A stretch of 64,000 nt of DNA from Gemmatimonadaceae bacterium. GTDB taxonomy: Bacteria > Gemmatimonadota > Gemmatimonadetes > Gemmatimonadales > Gemmatimonadaceae. The notes below the pieces were generated by a model. It saw only the letters and a list, made by a program, of their open reading frames with translations. It had not been told where the DNA came from and did not search any database. The stretch is from positions 32,001 to 96,000 of the forward strand of contig JBBDYC010000007.1 of the NCBI GenBank assembly GCA_040901985.1. Reading direction: 5' to 3'. Positions 21,423-33,082 of this stretch are shown piece after piece; the first letter of the stretch is position 1; each line of letters starts with the position of its first letter. A program made the translations under genes and the position numbers.

Positions 21423-21899
21423 GTGCCCACCCCGGCCGAACGGCGCGCGCTGCTCTTCGTGGCCGCCGTGGCGGCGCTCGGCCTGGCCGTCCGCGGGGGC
21501 CGCTCGCTGCGCCCGACCGAGGTGCCGGCGAGCGACCGCGAGGCGCTCGCCCGCCAGATTGCCGCCGTGGACTCGGCGATCGCCGCCGGCGGTCGGCCGC
21601 GGGGCGGCGCCGGCCGGCCAGCCCCCGCGACGCCAACCCCGGCACCGCCGGCGGCTCCGGTGGACGTCAACACCGCCGACGTGGCCGAACTCGACCGCCT
21701 TCCGGGAATCGGGCCCGCCCTCGCCGCGCGGATCGTCGCCGACCGCGAGCAAGCCGGGCCATTCGCCTCGGTGGAGTCGCTCCAGCGCGTCAAGGGCATC
21801 GGGCCGGCCCTCGCGGCGCGCCTCGCGCCGCACGTCACCTTCTCCGGCGCGCCCCGGCCCTCCCCCGCGGACGGGCAGGGATGGCGTGTACATCCTTGA
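21423..21899 (+). CDS. comEA: ComEA-family helix-hairpin-helix DNA-binding protein
   Basis: N-terminal TM, VDVNTA, LPGIGP and VKGIGP HhH repeats. Confidence 0.85.
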   Translation: MPTPAERRALLFVAAVAALGLAVRGGRSLRPTEVPASDREALARQIAAVDSAIAAGGRPRGGAGRPAPATPTPAPPAAPVDVNTADVAELDRLPGIGPALAARIVADREQAGPFASVESLQRVKGIGPALAARLAPHVTFSGAPRPSPADGQGWRVHP

Positions 21900-21933
21900 C
21901 ACCATCGCCTCCCGCCGGACACCTTCACCACCT

Positions 21934-23766
21934 ATGGCATCAGCCGCGAGCGCAGGCAGCGAACGGATCGGCGACCTCCTCGTCAAAGAGGGGTTGATTT
22001 CGCGCGAGCAGCTCCAGAAGGCGCTCGAGGAGCAGCGCCAGAGCGGCACCCGCGTCGGCTACAACCTGGTGAAGCTCGGCTTCATCCAGGAGAACGAGCT
22101 CACGCGCACGCTCGCCCGCCAGTTCAAGATGCCGGCGGTGGACCTCTCGAAGTTCGAGGTGGACCCGAAGATCATCAAGCTCGTCCCGGCCGACCTGGCG
22201 ACGAAGAACCTCGTCCTCCCCCTCAAGCGCGACGGTCGCACGCTCACCGTCGCGATGGCCGACCCCACGAACCTCGGCGTCATCGAGGACCTGAAGTTCA
22301 TCACCCGCTACGACATCTTCCCGGTGATCGCCGGGGAGTTCACGCTCCGAAACGTCATCGAGAAGCACTACGAGTCGAGCGACGTCCAGATGTCGGCGTT
22401 GCTCTCGGAGATCGAGGACCTCGAGTCCGAGTCCGACGTCGAGGTGGTCGAGGAGAAGGAAGAGGAGATGTCCGCCACCGCGCTCGCCGCGGCGGTGGAC
22501 GACGCGCCGGTGGTGAAGCTGATCAACGCGATCCTCACCGACGCCGTGAAGCGCGGCGCCTCCGACATCCACTTCGAGTGCTTCGAGCACGACCTCCGCG
22601 TGCGCTACCGGATTGACGGCGCGCTGCAGGAGGTGATGAAGCCGCCGAAGAAGATGCAACCGGCGCTCATCTCGCGGTTCAAGATCATGAGCGCGCTCAA
22701 CATCGCCGAGCGGCGCGTCCCGCAGGACGGACGCATCAAGCTCAAGATGGGCAAGAAGGTCATTGACTACCGCGTCTCCACCCTTCCGACGCTCTTCGGC
22801 GAGAAGGTCGTGCTCCGGATCCTCGACAAGGGAAACCTGACCCTCGACCTCGAGAAGTTCGGCATCGAGCCGCGCGCCGAGAAGGAGTTGATGGAGGCGG
22901 TCTCGAACCCCTACGGGATGGTGCTTGTCACCGGCCCGACCGGGTCCGGCAAGACGACCACGCTCTACAGCTGCATCTCGAAGGTGAACGCGATTGACAC
23001 CAACATCATGACCGCCGAGGACCCCGTCGAGTACAACCTCTACGGCGTCAACCAGGTGCTCGTGCGGACCGAGATTGGGATGACGTTCGCCGCGGCGCTG
23101 AAGGCGTTCCTGCGGCAGGATCCGAACATCATCATGGTCGGCGAGATCCGCGACCTGGAGACGGGCGGCATCGCCATCAAGGCCGCGCTCACCGGCCACC
23201 TGGTGCTCTCGACCCTGCACACCAACTCGGCCGCCGAGACGGTGACCCGCCTCCTCGACATGGGGCTCGAGCCGTTCAACGTCAGCTCGGCGCTCAACCT
23301 CGTGCTGGCGCAACGCCTGCTCCGCCGCATCTGTACGAGCTGCAGGACCCGCTACGTGCCCGACGCGCTGGAGATGGAGACGGCGAAGTTCAAGGCGACG
23401 ACGAAGCTCAAGAACCTCCGCTTCACGAAGGAGGCGATTGACGACATGATCTCCCGCGCGCCGAAGGACACCGCCCAGGCGCTGCAGGGCCTGACGCTCG
23501 AGTCCACGATCGCCGACGTGCCGTTCTACAAGGGCAAGGGGTGCGATGCCTGCAACGGCTCCGGACTGAAGGGCCGCCAGGGCGCCTACGAGGTGATGTT
23601 CATGACGCCGTCGCTACGCAAGCTGATCCTCCAGAACGTCGGCGCCGCCGAGATCCGCGATGCCGCCATCGAGGGCGGGATGCTCACGCTCCGCATGGAC
23701 GGCTTGCTGAAGGTCTGGAAGGGCATCACGACGCTGGAGCAGGTGGTGCGCGAGACGAGCGTGTGA
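21934..23766 (+). CDS. pilB: Type IV pilus assembly ATPase PilB
   Basis: MshEN-like RIGDLLVKEGLI, GPTGSGKTTT, LRQDP, Cys zinc motif. Confidence 0.95.
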   Translation: MASAASAGSERIGDLLVKEGLISREQLQKALEEQRQSGTRVGYNLVKLGFIQENELTRTLARQFKMPAVDLSKFEVDPKIIKLVPADLATKNLVLPLKRDGRTLTVAMADPTNLGVIEDLKFITRYDIFPVIAGEFTLRNVIEKHYESSDVQMSALLSEIEDLESESDVEVVEEKEEEMSATALAAAVDDAPVVKLINAILTDAVKRGASDIHFECFEHDLRVRYRIDGALQEVMKPPKKMQPALISRFKIMSALNIAERRVPQDGRIKLKMGKKVIDYRVSTLPTLFGEKVVLRILDKGNLTLDLEKFGIEPRAEKELMEAVSNPYGMVLVTGPTGSGKTTTLYSCISKVNAIDTNIMTAEDPVEYNLYGVNQVLVRTEIGMTFAAALKAFLRQDPNIIMVGEIRDLETGGIAIKAALTGHLVLSTLHTNSAAETVTRLLDMGLEPFNVSSALNLVLAQRLLRRICTSCRTRYVPDALEMETAKFKATTKLKNLRFTKEAIDDMISRAPKDTAQALQGLTLESTIADVPFYKGKGCDACNGSGLKGRQGAYEVMFMTPSLRKLILQNVGAAEIRDAAIEGGMLTLRMDGLLKVWKGITTLEQVVRETSV

Positions 23767-23781
23767 CCTGCCCCCTCCCGC

Positions 23782-23809
23782 TCACCTTTCCCCTATCTCC
23801 TTTCCCCTC
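23782..23809. repeat. Degenerate heptamer repeat (TCNCCTN) x4
   Basis: TCACCTT TCCCCTA TCTCCTT TCCCCTC between pilB and pilT. Confidence 0.6.
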
Positions 23810-23817
23810 TTGAGAGA

Positions 23818-24975
23818 ATGACCGCACCCGCCGCCCCAGCCGCCGCTTCGCAGGTCAACCTCCGCGTGCTCCTCGAGGAGATGATCGAGCGCGGCGCGTC
23901 CGACCTGCACATCACCGCCGGTGCGCGCGCGATGCTGCGGGTGGACGGCGAGATCGTCACGTCCAAGCAGGACGTCGTCCTCCAGCCGAAGGACACGCTC
24001 ACGCTCGCCTACTCGATCCTCACCGAGAACCAGAAGAAGCGGTTCGAGCAGGAGGACGAGCTCGACTTCTCCTTCGGCATCCAGAACCTGGCCCGCTTCC
24101 GCGGCAACTGCTTCAAGCAGCGGGGCTGCGTCTCGATCGTCCTCCGCCAGATCCCGTTCAACATCCTCACCTTCGCCGACCTGAAGCTCCCGCCGGTGAT
24201 CGCCAAGCTGGCCGAGAAACCGCGCGGGATGGTCCTCGTCACCGGCCCCACCGGCTCCGGCAAGTCCACCACGCTGGCCGCGATGATTGACAAGATCAAC
24301 CGCGAGCGGAAGGGACACATCCTCACGGTCGAGGACCCGATCGAGTTCATCCACAAGCACCAGGGGTGCATCGTCAACCAGCGCGAGGTCGGGAGCGACA
24401 CCAAGTCGTTCGGCACCGCGCTCAAGTACGCCCTCCGCGAGGATCCCGACGTCGTCCTCGTCGGCGAAATGCGCGACCACGAGACGATTCACGCCGGCCT
24501 GACGATCGCCGAGACGGGCCACCTGGCCTTTGCGACGCTGCACACCAACAGCGCCGCCGAGGCGATCAACCGCATCATTGACGTCTTCCCGAGCCACCAG
24601 CAGGCGCAGGTGCGCGCCCAGCTGGCGTTCGTCCTCGAGGGGATCATCACCCAGACCCTGCTCCCCAAGCGGACCGGGAAGGGGCGCGTGATGGCCGCCG
24701 AGATCCTCGTCGTCACGCCGGCGATCCGGGCCCTGATCCGCGACGACAAGATCCACCAGGTGTACTCGATGATGCAGTCGGGCAAGAAGCACGGGATGCA
24801 GACGCTCAACGACGCGCTGTACGCCCTCTACACGGCGCGCGAAGTCACCGAGGACGAATGCCTCCGCGTCACCGGCGACCCGGTCGAGTTCCTCCGGATG
24901 ATCGGCAAGGCGCCGGGCGACGACGGTCCGTCCGCCCCGGCCACGAAACCCGGCGCGCCCGCCGGTCGTCGCTGA
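23818..24975 (+). CDS. pilT: Type IV pilus retraction ATPase PilT
   Basis: GPTGSGKST, LREDPD, AIRALIRD and GMQT motifs. Confidence 0.95.
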   Translation: MTAPAAPAAASQVNLRVLLEEMIERGASDLHITAGARAMLRVDGEIVTSKQDVVLQPKDTLTLAYSILTENQKKRFEQEDELDFSFGIQNLARFRGNCFKQRGCVSIVLRQIPFNILTFADLKLPPVIAKLAEKPRGMVLVTGPTGSGKSTTLAAMIDKINRERKGHILTVEDPIEFIHKHQGCIVNQREVGSDTKSFGTALKYALREDPDVVLVGEMRDHETIHAGLTIAETGHLAFATLHTNSAAEAINRIIDVFPSHQQAQVRAQLAFVLEGIITQTLLPKRTGKGRVMAAEILVVTPAIRALIRDDKIHQVYSMMQSGKKHGMQTLNDALYALYTAREVTEDECLRVTGDPVEFLRMIGKAPGDDGPSAPATKPGAPAGRR

Positions 24976-25004
24976 TGCAGATCGCATAGCCCCCAGGAGA
25001 CCCA

Positions 25005-26201
25005 ATGCCCGCATTTGTCTACACGGCCCGCACCGCCACCGGCGACCTCAAGAGCGCGACCATCGAGGCCGCGAACAAGGAGGACGTCGTCAACCAGCTC
25101 AAGCGGCTGCGGATGACGGTCGTCAAGGTGGAGGAGCAGTCCAAGACCAAGTCGAGCACCAAGGGCTCGGTCGCGATGCGCGACATCGTGATCTTCACCC
25201 GGCAGTTCTCGACGATGATCAACTCCGGCCTGCCCCTCGTGCAGGCCCTCGACATCCTCTCCAAGCAGTCGGAGAATCCAGTCCTCCAGGCGGTCACGCG
25301 CCAAGTGGTGTTCGACGTCGAGTCCGGCCACACGGTGGCCGACGCGCTCGCCAAGCACCCCAATGCGTTCACCGAGCTCTACGTCAACATGGTGGCGGCG
25401 GGCGAGGCCGGCGGCATCCTCGACACCATCCTGCTGCGCCTGGCGACGTTCATGGAGAAGAACGACGCCCTCGTCCGCAAGGTGAAGGGCGCGATGATCT
25501 ACCCCGGTGTCATCTCCGGCGTCGCCGGCTCGGCCATCTCGATCCTGCTCCTCTTCGTCATCCCGACGTTCCAGAGAATGTTCGCGTCGGTCGGCCTCGC
25601 GCTTCCGCTCCCGACGCGCATCGTCATCGCGCTGTCCGAGTTCCTCCAGGGCTACTGGTGGGCCCTCATCATCGCCGGCTTCCTGGGGTTCCGCTTCGCC
25701 AAGAGCTACTACGCGACGTCCAAGGGCCAACTCGTGATTGACCGGCTGCTGCTCAAGGCCCCGGTGCTCGGCGACGTGCTCCGCAAGACCGCGGTGTCGC
25801 GCTTCACGCGCACCCTGGGCACGCTGATCAGCTCGGGCGTCAGCATCCTCGACGGCCTGGAGATCACGGCGAAGACGGCCGGCAACCGCGTCATCTCCGA
25901 CGCGATCATGGCGTCGCGCGCGTCCATCGCCGGCGGCGACACGATCTCCGCCCCGCTCGCCAAGAGCCAGGTCTTCCCGCCGATGGTGATCTCGATGATC
26001 GCGGTCGGCGAGCAGACCGGCGGCCTCGACGAGATGCTCTCGAAGATCGCCGACTTCTACGACGAGGAAGTGGACGCCGCGGTCGGTGGCCTCCTCGCCC
26101 TGATGGAGCCGATGATGATCGTCTTCCTCGGCGTCGTCGTCGGCGGCATGGTCGTCGCGATGTATCTGCCGATCTTCGACATGATCAACGCGGTGCAGTA
26201 A
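25005..26201 (+). CDS. pilC: Type IV pilus platform protein PilC (GspF family)
   Basis: FTRQFSTMINSG, GEAGG, AMIYP, AMYLPIF. Confidence 0.95.
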   Translation: MPAFVYTARTATGDLKSATIEAANKEDVVNQLKRLRMTVVKVEEQSKTKSSTKGSVAMRDIVIFTRQFSTMINSGLPLVQALDILSKQSENPVLQAVTRQVVFDVESGHTVADALAKHPNAFTELYVNMVAAGEAGGILDTILLRLATFMEKNDALVRKVKGAMIYPGVISGVAGSAISILLLFVIPTFQRMFASVGLALPLPTRIVIALSEFLQGYWWALIIAGFLGFRFAKSYYATSKGQLVIDRLLLKAPVLGDVLRKTAVSRFTRTLGTLISSGVSILDGLEITAKTAGNRVISDAIMASRASIAGGDTISAPLAKSQVFPPMVISMIAVGEQTGGLDEMLSKIADFYDEEVDAAVGGLLALMEPMMIVFLGVVVGGMVVAMYLPIFDMINAVQ

Positions 26202-26222
26202 CCACCGGTGAACGTGGATCGG

Positions 26223-26260
26223 TGCAAGACGGGCGGCCCGGTCCCCCCCCCCGTCTTGCA
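26223..26260. terminator. Stem-loop between convergent genes
   Basis: TGCAAGACGGG...CCCGTCTTGCA inverted repeat containing a C10 run. Confidence 0.65.
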
Positions 26261-26310
26261 TCCATCGCCCCGCCCGGCGCGCCGCGTCACGGCGCGTGGG
26301 CGCCCCTCCG

Positions 26311-27075
26311 CTAGCCCTCGCGGGCGCCAGACCAGGCCTTCGTCCCCGTGGAGCGACCCTCCGCCTCGGCAGTCGCCTCGATGATGTCGGTTTCGTGGTC
26401 CACGTACTCGGGGACATCCCGGGTCCGTTCGCTCGGCAGCGCCTGGAGGAACCGCGCCGCGAACCGCTGGCGGGCCGCGTCATCGCCCGCCGCCCGGGCG
26501 CTCCGCATCGCGAGTGCCAAGCCGAGCAGGTGTCTCGGCGCGCCGGCGAGGATCGTGTCCGCCTCGGCGCGCGCGAGCGCCGGCTCCCCCGAGACGAGGT
26601 AGATCAGGCCCAGGTCGTAGCGCCGATGCGGCGTGAGGGGCGCCAGCGCCTGGAACGACATCACGGCCATCGGGGCGAAGAAGGCGACCGTGTCCATCTT
26701 GCCCTCGGAGGCGGCCGCCATCACGCGGTTGAAGAGCCGGTCCACGCGCTCGTCGCCCGAGAGTTGCGAGATGTCGGAGGCCGCGCCGCTGAATCCGCCG
26801 GCCATCGGCCCCGCCTGCGGATCCGGACGCCCGGAGGCGATGGCGAAGGCGATGACCGCGACCACCGCAGCGCTTGGGATGATCCAGGGGAGCGCCCGGA
26901 CAACGCTGGAGGCCGGGCCGGAGGCGGGGCCAGACGCTGGGCTGGACGCCGGGCCGGACGCGGCGCCGCGGGCGGGCGTCTGAAACGCACTCGCCGTCAG
27001 CGCGAAGCCGCAGTTCGGACAGAAATTGGCCGACGCCGAGAGCGAGGCGCCGCATCGTTCGCAGAATCGAGGCAT
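26311..27075 (-). CDS. Zinc-ribbon + TM + TPR-like protein
   Basis: CERCG...CPNCG zinc ribbon, ASGP-repeat linker, one TM, helical repeats (YDLGLIY, LLGLALA). Confidence 0.75.
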   Translation of the reverse strand: MPRFCERCGASLSASANFCPNCGFALTASAFQTPARGAASGPASSPASGPASGPASSVVRALPWIIPSAAVVAVIAFAIASGRPDPQAGPMAGGFSGAASDISQLSGDERVDRLFNRVMAAASEGKMDTVAFFAPMAVMSFQALAPLTPHRRYDLGLIYLVSGEPALARAEADTILAGAPRHLLGLALAMRSARAAGDDAARQRFAARFLQALPSERTRDVPEYVDHETDIIEATAEAEGRSTGTKAWSGAREG

Positions 27076-27224
27076 CACGGGGACGATGGACGGGGCGCGG
27101 CCGGCGTCGGCACGCGCGGTGATCGGGATGGCCTACAAGGTACCTCGGGGACGCCTCTATCATATCTTTCCTGCCGCCGTGCGACCATCGTGCGAAACCT
27201 GACGTGGGCTCAAGGATTCGCCCG

Positions 27225-27977
27225 ATGCCGATCACCATCCCAGCCCCCGATCGTTCGCCAATGCCACCAGCCGTGACACCGGTGCAGGACCTCGCCATCG
27301 AGGCGGAGGGCGTGACCCGCCGGTTCGGCGCGAGGTGGGTCCTGCGCGGGATCTCGTTGCGCGTGGCGCCGGGCGAGATCGTTGGGCTGTTGGGCGCCAA
27401 CGGGAGCGGCAAGAGCACCCTCCTGCGGATCTTTGCGACGCTGCTTCGTCCCAACGGCGGCACGGCGCGCGTGAGCGGGGCGGACGTGACTGGGGACGCC
27501 GATGCGGTCCGCCGGCGAGTCGGGTTCCTTGCGCACAGCACCGGTCTCTACGAGGACCTGACGGCGCGCGAGAACCTCAAGTTCGCGGCGACGATGCTGG
27601 GGCGGGCGCCTGGGGACCTCGACGCGTTGCTCGAGCGCGTCGGGCTCACGCCGGTGGCCGATCGGCGGGTGCGCGGCTACTCCGCCGGGATGCAGCGCCG
27701 GCTCTCGCTGGCGCGACTCCTGCTCGCGTCGCCGCGCGTGCTCCTGCTGGATGAGCCGTACAGCAACCTCGACGCCGACGGCATCGCCCTGATGAACACG
27801 ATGCTGCGCGGCGCCGCGGCGAGTGGCGCGGCGGCCCTGGTGGTGCTGCACGAGACCGCGCCGGCGGCGGGGCTCCTCGACTGGACGGTCACCATCGCCG
27901 ACGGGCGCATTGCCCACGCCACCGAGTTTGCGCGGCCGCGGCCGGCGAGCGCCCACCAGCCGGCGGAGGCGCGCTGA
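27225..27977 (+). CDS. ccmA: Heme ABC exporter ATP-binding protein CcmA
   Basis: GANGSGKS, YSAGMQRR, LLDEP; first gene of ccm operon; start uncertain. Confidence 0.9.
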   Translation: MPITIPAPDRSPMPPAVTPVQDLAIEAEGVTRRFGARWVLRGISLRVAPGEIVGLLGANGSGKSTLLRIFATLLRPNGGTARVSGADVTGDADAVRRRVGFLAHSTGLYEDLTARENLKFAATMLGRAPGDLDALLERVGLTPVADRRVRGYSAGMQRRLSLARLLLASPRVLLLDEPYSNLDADGIALMNTMLRGAAASGAAALVVLHETAPAAGLLDWTVTIADGRIAHATEFARPRPASAHQPAEAR

Positions 27978-28663
27978 TGGCCTGGCTTGACGACTGGCGC
28001 CGCGTGCGGGCGATCGCGTGGAAGGACCTCACCACCGAGCGCCGATCGAAGGCCGGGTTCAATTCCGTCGTCGCATTGGGGGTGACGATCCTCGTGCTTT
28101 TCGGCTTTGCCCTCGGCCCCGACGCGGCGGCGCTGCGCCACGCCGCCGCCGGCGCGCTTTGGCTTGCCGTGCTCTTTGCCGGGGTCCTGGCGTTCAATCG
28201 GTCGTATCAGGTGGAACTCGAGACCGGCGCGCTCGAGCCCCTGCTGCTCTACCCGGGCGCCCGCTGGACCATCTTCACCGGCAAGCTGCTGGCAAACCTC
28301 GTCCTCGTCTGGATCCTGCTCGCGATCGTCGTCGTGGTCGGGATCGTGCTCTTCCAGGTGACGGTTCCCGCCGCCTGGCCCACGCTCCTCGTCGTCCTCG
28401 CGCTCGGCGTGGTCGGCCTGGTGACGCTCGGGACCTTCTATGGCGCGATGGCGAGTCGGAGCCGCGCCCGCGAGGTGCTGCTCCCGCTCCTTCTCTTCCC
28501 GATGCTGGTGCCGGTGCTCCTTGCCGCGATGCAGGCCTCGCGCGCGCTGCTCGGCGGCGACGTGATGCACGAGGCCGGCGCCTGGATCCGCCTGCTGCTC
28601 GCCTACGACCTGATCTTCCTCAGCGCCACTCACCTGGCGTTCGCTCATATCATCGAGGGTTGA
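27977..28663 (+). CDS. ccmB: Heme exporter permease CcmB
   Basis: WKDLTTE, GKLLAN, REVLLPLLLFP. Confidence 0.92.
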   Translation: MAWLDDWRRVRAIAWKDLTTERRSKAGFNSVVALGVTILVLFGFALGPDAAALRHAAAGALWLAVLFAGVLAFNRSYQVELETGALEPLLLYPGARWTIFTGKLLANLVLVWILLAIVVVVGIVLFQVTVPAAWPTLLVVLALGVVGLVTLGTFYGAMASRSRAREVLLPLLLFPMLVPVLLAAMQASRALLGGDVMHEAGAWIRLLLAYDLIFLSATHLAFAHIIEG

Positions 28664-28667
28664 TTCC

Positions 28668-29384
28668 GTGAGTTCACCCACCCCGCCGATCGCCGACTCC
28701 CCGGTGCCGCAGGCCGGCCGCTGGCCGATCTTCGGCGTCTTTGCGCTCGTCTTCCTCGTCTTCGCGCAGGTGTCGGCGATCCTCGTGTCGCCGCCCGACC
28801 GCGATATGGGCCACCTGCAGAAGATCATGTACGTGCACGTCCCCGCCGCGTGGACGACCTTCCTCGCGTTCTTCGTCGTCCTCGTCTTCAGCCTGCTCGT
28901 GCTCTGGAAGGGCCGGGAGTCCCACGACCTGATTGCCGCCTCGGCCGCCGAGGTCGGGGCGATGTTCAACGCGCTGACGCTGGCGTTGGGGATGATCTGG
29001 GGCAAGCCGACGTGGGGCGTCTGGTGGACCTGGGACGCGCGGCTCACCTCGACGCTGGTCCTCCTGCTGATTTTCGTGGGTTACCTTTCGTTGCGGGCCT
29101 TCATTGACGACCCCGACCGCCGTGCGCGCTGGTCGGCAGCCGTGGGGGTGCTCGGCGCAATCAACGTGCCGATCGTCTATATGTCGGTGAAATGGTGGCG
29201 GACGCTGCATCAGGTGCAGTCGAGCCCCTCGACGGTGGACCCGGCCTACGTGTATGGGCTCCGGATCAATGCGGTGGCATTGCTGTTCGTGCTCATCTAC
29301 TTCGTCCGCCGCCGCTACGAGGCGGCGCGCCTTCTCCGCGCGGCCGAGCAGCGTGACGACGCCATCGCCCTTGGAGGACGATGA
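28668..29384 (+). CDS. ccmC: Heme exporter CcmC
   Basis: YVHVP, WGKPTWGVWWTWDARLT (WWD), RTLHQ. Confidence 0.95.
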   Translation: MSSPTPPIADSPVPQAGRWPIFGVFALVFLVFAQVSAILVSPPDRDMGHLQKIMYVHVPAAWTTFLAFFVVLVFSLLVLWKGRESHDLIAASAAEVGAMFNALTLALGMIWGKPTWGVWWTWDARLTSTLVLLLIFVGYLSLRAFIDDPDRRARWSAAVGVLGAINVPIVYMSVKWWRTLHQVQSSPSTVDPAYVYGLRINAVALLFVLIYFVRRRYEAARLLRAAEQRDDAIALGGR

Positions 29385-29536
29385 ATATGGAATCCAGCAT
29401 CAACTTCGTGATCGCCGCCTACGCGCTGACCTGGCTCGCCCTGGTCGCGTACGCGTTCCATGCGCATCGCACGCTGCGGCGCGCCCGCGACGAGTATGAC
29501 CGCGCGACGGGCCAGGCGGCCGGGAGGCCGCGATGA
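29381..29536 (+). CDS. ccmD: Heme exporter protein CcmD (51 aa, absent from ORF track)
   Basis: Hand translation MNMESSINFVIAAYALTWLALVAYAFHAHRTLRRAR...; RBS GGAGG; ATGA overlaps with both ccmC and ccmE. Confidence 0.85.
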   Translation: MNMESSINFVIAAYALTWLALVAYAFHAHRTLRRARDEYDRATGQAAGRPR

Positions 29537-29991
29537 CCACCGTGGGCGCGAGTGGCCGTCGCCGCTGGGCAATCGCCGGCGTGGCGTTGATCGCCGTCAC
29601 CTTCGCCTGGCTGCTCTTCGGCGGGCTCGACCGGAACGTCGTCTACTTCCTCACCCCGGCCGAGCTGCTCGCCAAGGGGCCCGAGGCGATTGATGTTCCG
29701 GTGCGGCTGGGCGGGCAGGTGAAGCCGGGGTCGGTCCTCTGGGACGAGACGACACTCGACCTGCGCTTTGCGGTCGTGGACGGGGACGGGGAGGTGGCGG
29801 TGCAGAGCACCGGTGCGCCGCCCCAGATGTTCCGTGACGGGATGGGCGTCGTCGTCGAGGGGCGCTATGGGCGCGACGGGGTGTTCCGGTCGTCGAACCT
29901 GATGATCAAGCACTCCAACGAGTACCGCGCGCCGGCGGAGGGCGAGCGGCCCCACGAGATGTACCGCACCCTGTTCGAGGCGACCCCGTAG
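29533..29991 (+). CDS. ccmE: Heme chaperone CcmE
   Basis: YFLTP, VRLGGQV, KHSNEY (HxxxY heme-binding). Confidence 0.95.
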   Translation: MTTVGASGRRRWAIAGVALIAVTFAWLLFGGLDRNVVYFLTPAELLAKGPEAIDVPVRLGGQVKPGSVLWDETTLDLRFAVVDGDGEVAVQSTGAPPQMFRDGMGVVVEGRYGRDGVFRSSNLMIKHSNEYRAPAEGERPHEMYRTLFEATP

Positions 29992-29993
29992 TG

Positions 29994-31951
<1,958 letters not shown>

Positions 31952-31955
<4 letters not shown>

Positions 31956-32524
31956 ACTGGGGTCGCGCGCTGACGGCCGCCGCGTTCGGCGTACCGGTCA
32001 TCGGCCTCCTGACGTGGGGGCTGACTCGCGACCCGAAGTTCATTCCGTCGCCGCTCCCCGGACGCGAAGGTCCGGCATTCGCGCTGGAAGTCTTCGCCCC
32101 CGGCCTGCCCCCGATCGCCCGGCCCGTCGGCGACACGCTCTCCCTCCAACGGCTCCGCGGCAAGGTCGTCGTGGTGAACTTCTGGGCCTCCTGGTGCCTC
32201 GCCTGCCGCGACGAGCATTCCGATCTCTCGACGACCGCGCTGCGCTACGCCGACCGCCCGGTGCAGTTCATCGGCGTGCTGTACCAGGATCGGATCGAGC
32301 CGGCAATCAACTGGATCGGGCAGATGGGCGGACAGACCTACCCGTCGGTCACCGACCCGCGCTCGCGCGCGGCGATTGCCTATGGACTCTACGGCGTCCC
32401 CGAGACCTTCATCCTCGACGCCGCCGGCCGCGTGGCGCACAAGCAGACGGGGCCGATCACGGCCCCCATTCTCACGCGAATCATTGACTCGCTGCTGAGC
32501 ACGATGAACGGAATGGCGCCGTGA
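31952..32524 (+). CDS. ccmG: Thioredoxin CcmG/DsbE
   Basis: VNFWASWCLAC, YGVPETF. Confidence 0.92.
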
Positions 32525-32994
32525 GGCGCGCGATCGGGCTTGAGTCCGTCCTTGCGCTCGTCCTTGCGCTCGCCCTCGCTCTTGTCGCGACGGCGCCGCT
32601 GAAGGCGCAGGTCGCCGATACCGTGACGGCCCGGGCCCGCGCCGACTCGGTGCGCGCCGACTCGGTGCTCGAGGCACGCACGAGCGCGCTGGCCGCCCAA
32701 CTCCGCTGCGCCATCTGCCAGGGCATCTCGATCCAGGAGTCCCCCTCCGCCCTCGCTCGCGAGATGCGCGACGTGGTGAAGGAGCAACTCCGGGACGGGA
32801 AGACGCCCGACGAAGTGAAGGAGTTCTTCGTCGCCGCGTACGGGGAGTGGATCCTGCTCTCGCCACGTCCACGCGGGCTCAATCTCCTGCTGTACACCCT
32901 GCCCGGCGTGCTCCTCCTCGGTGGCATCGCGCTGATCGTCGTGCTGGTGCGCCGCTGGACGGCGATGCCGCCGGACGGACCGTCGTCGCCGTGA
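32521..32994 (+). CDS. ccmH: Cytochrome c biogenesis protein CcmH
   Basis: Signal peptide, LRCAICQG, YGEWILLSP, C-terminal TM. Confidence 0.92.
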   Translation: MRRAIGLESVLALVLALALALVATAPLKAQVADTVTARARADSVRADSVLEARTSALAAQLRCAICQGISIQESPSALAREMRDVVKEQLRDGKTPDEVKEFFVAAYGEWILLSPRPRGLNLLLYTLPGVLLLGGIALIVVLVRRWTAMPPDGPSSP

Positions 32995-33082
32995 GACTGG
33001 CCCTGCAGGGCCCCGCGCCGCGCGTCACCGGGCGACCGTAGCGGCGCTCCCATCGGCGCGCGCCCGGGGCGACATTTCGCGA

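Noticed and set aside
26905..26962. 12-bp tandem repeat as an independent element
   Set aside because: Imperfect in-frame units encoding an ASGP linker within a CDS
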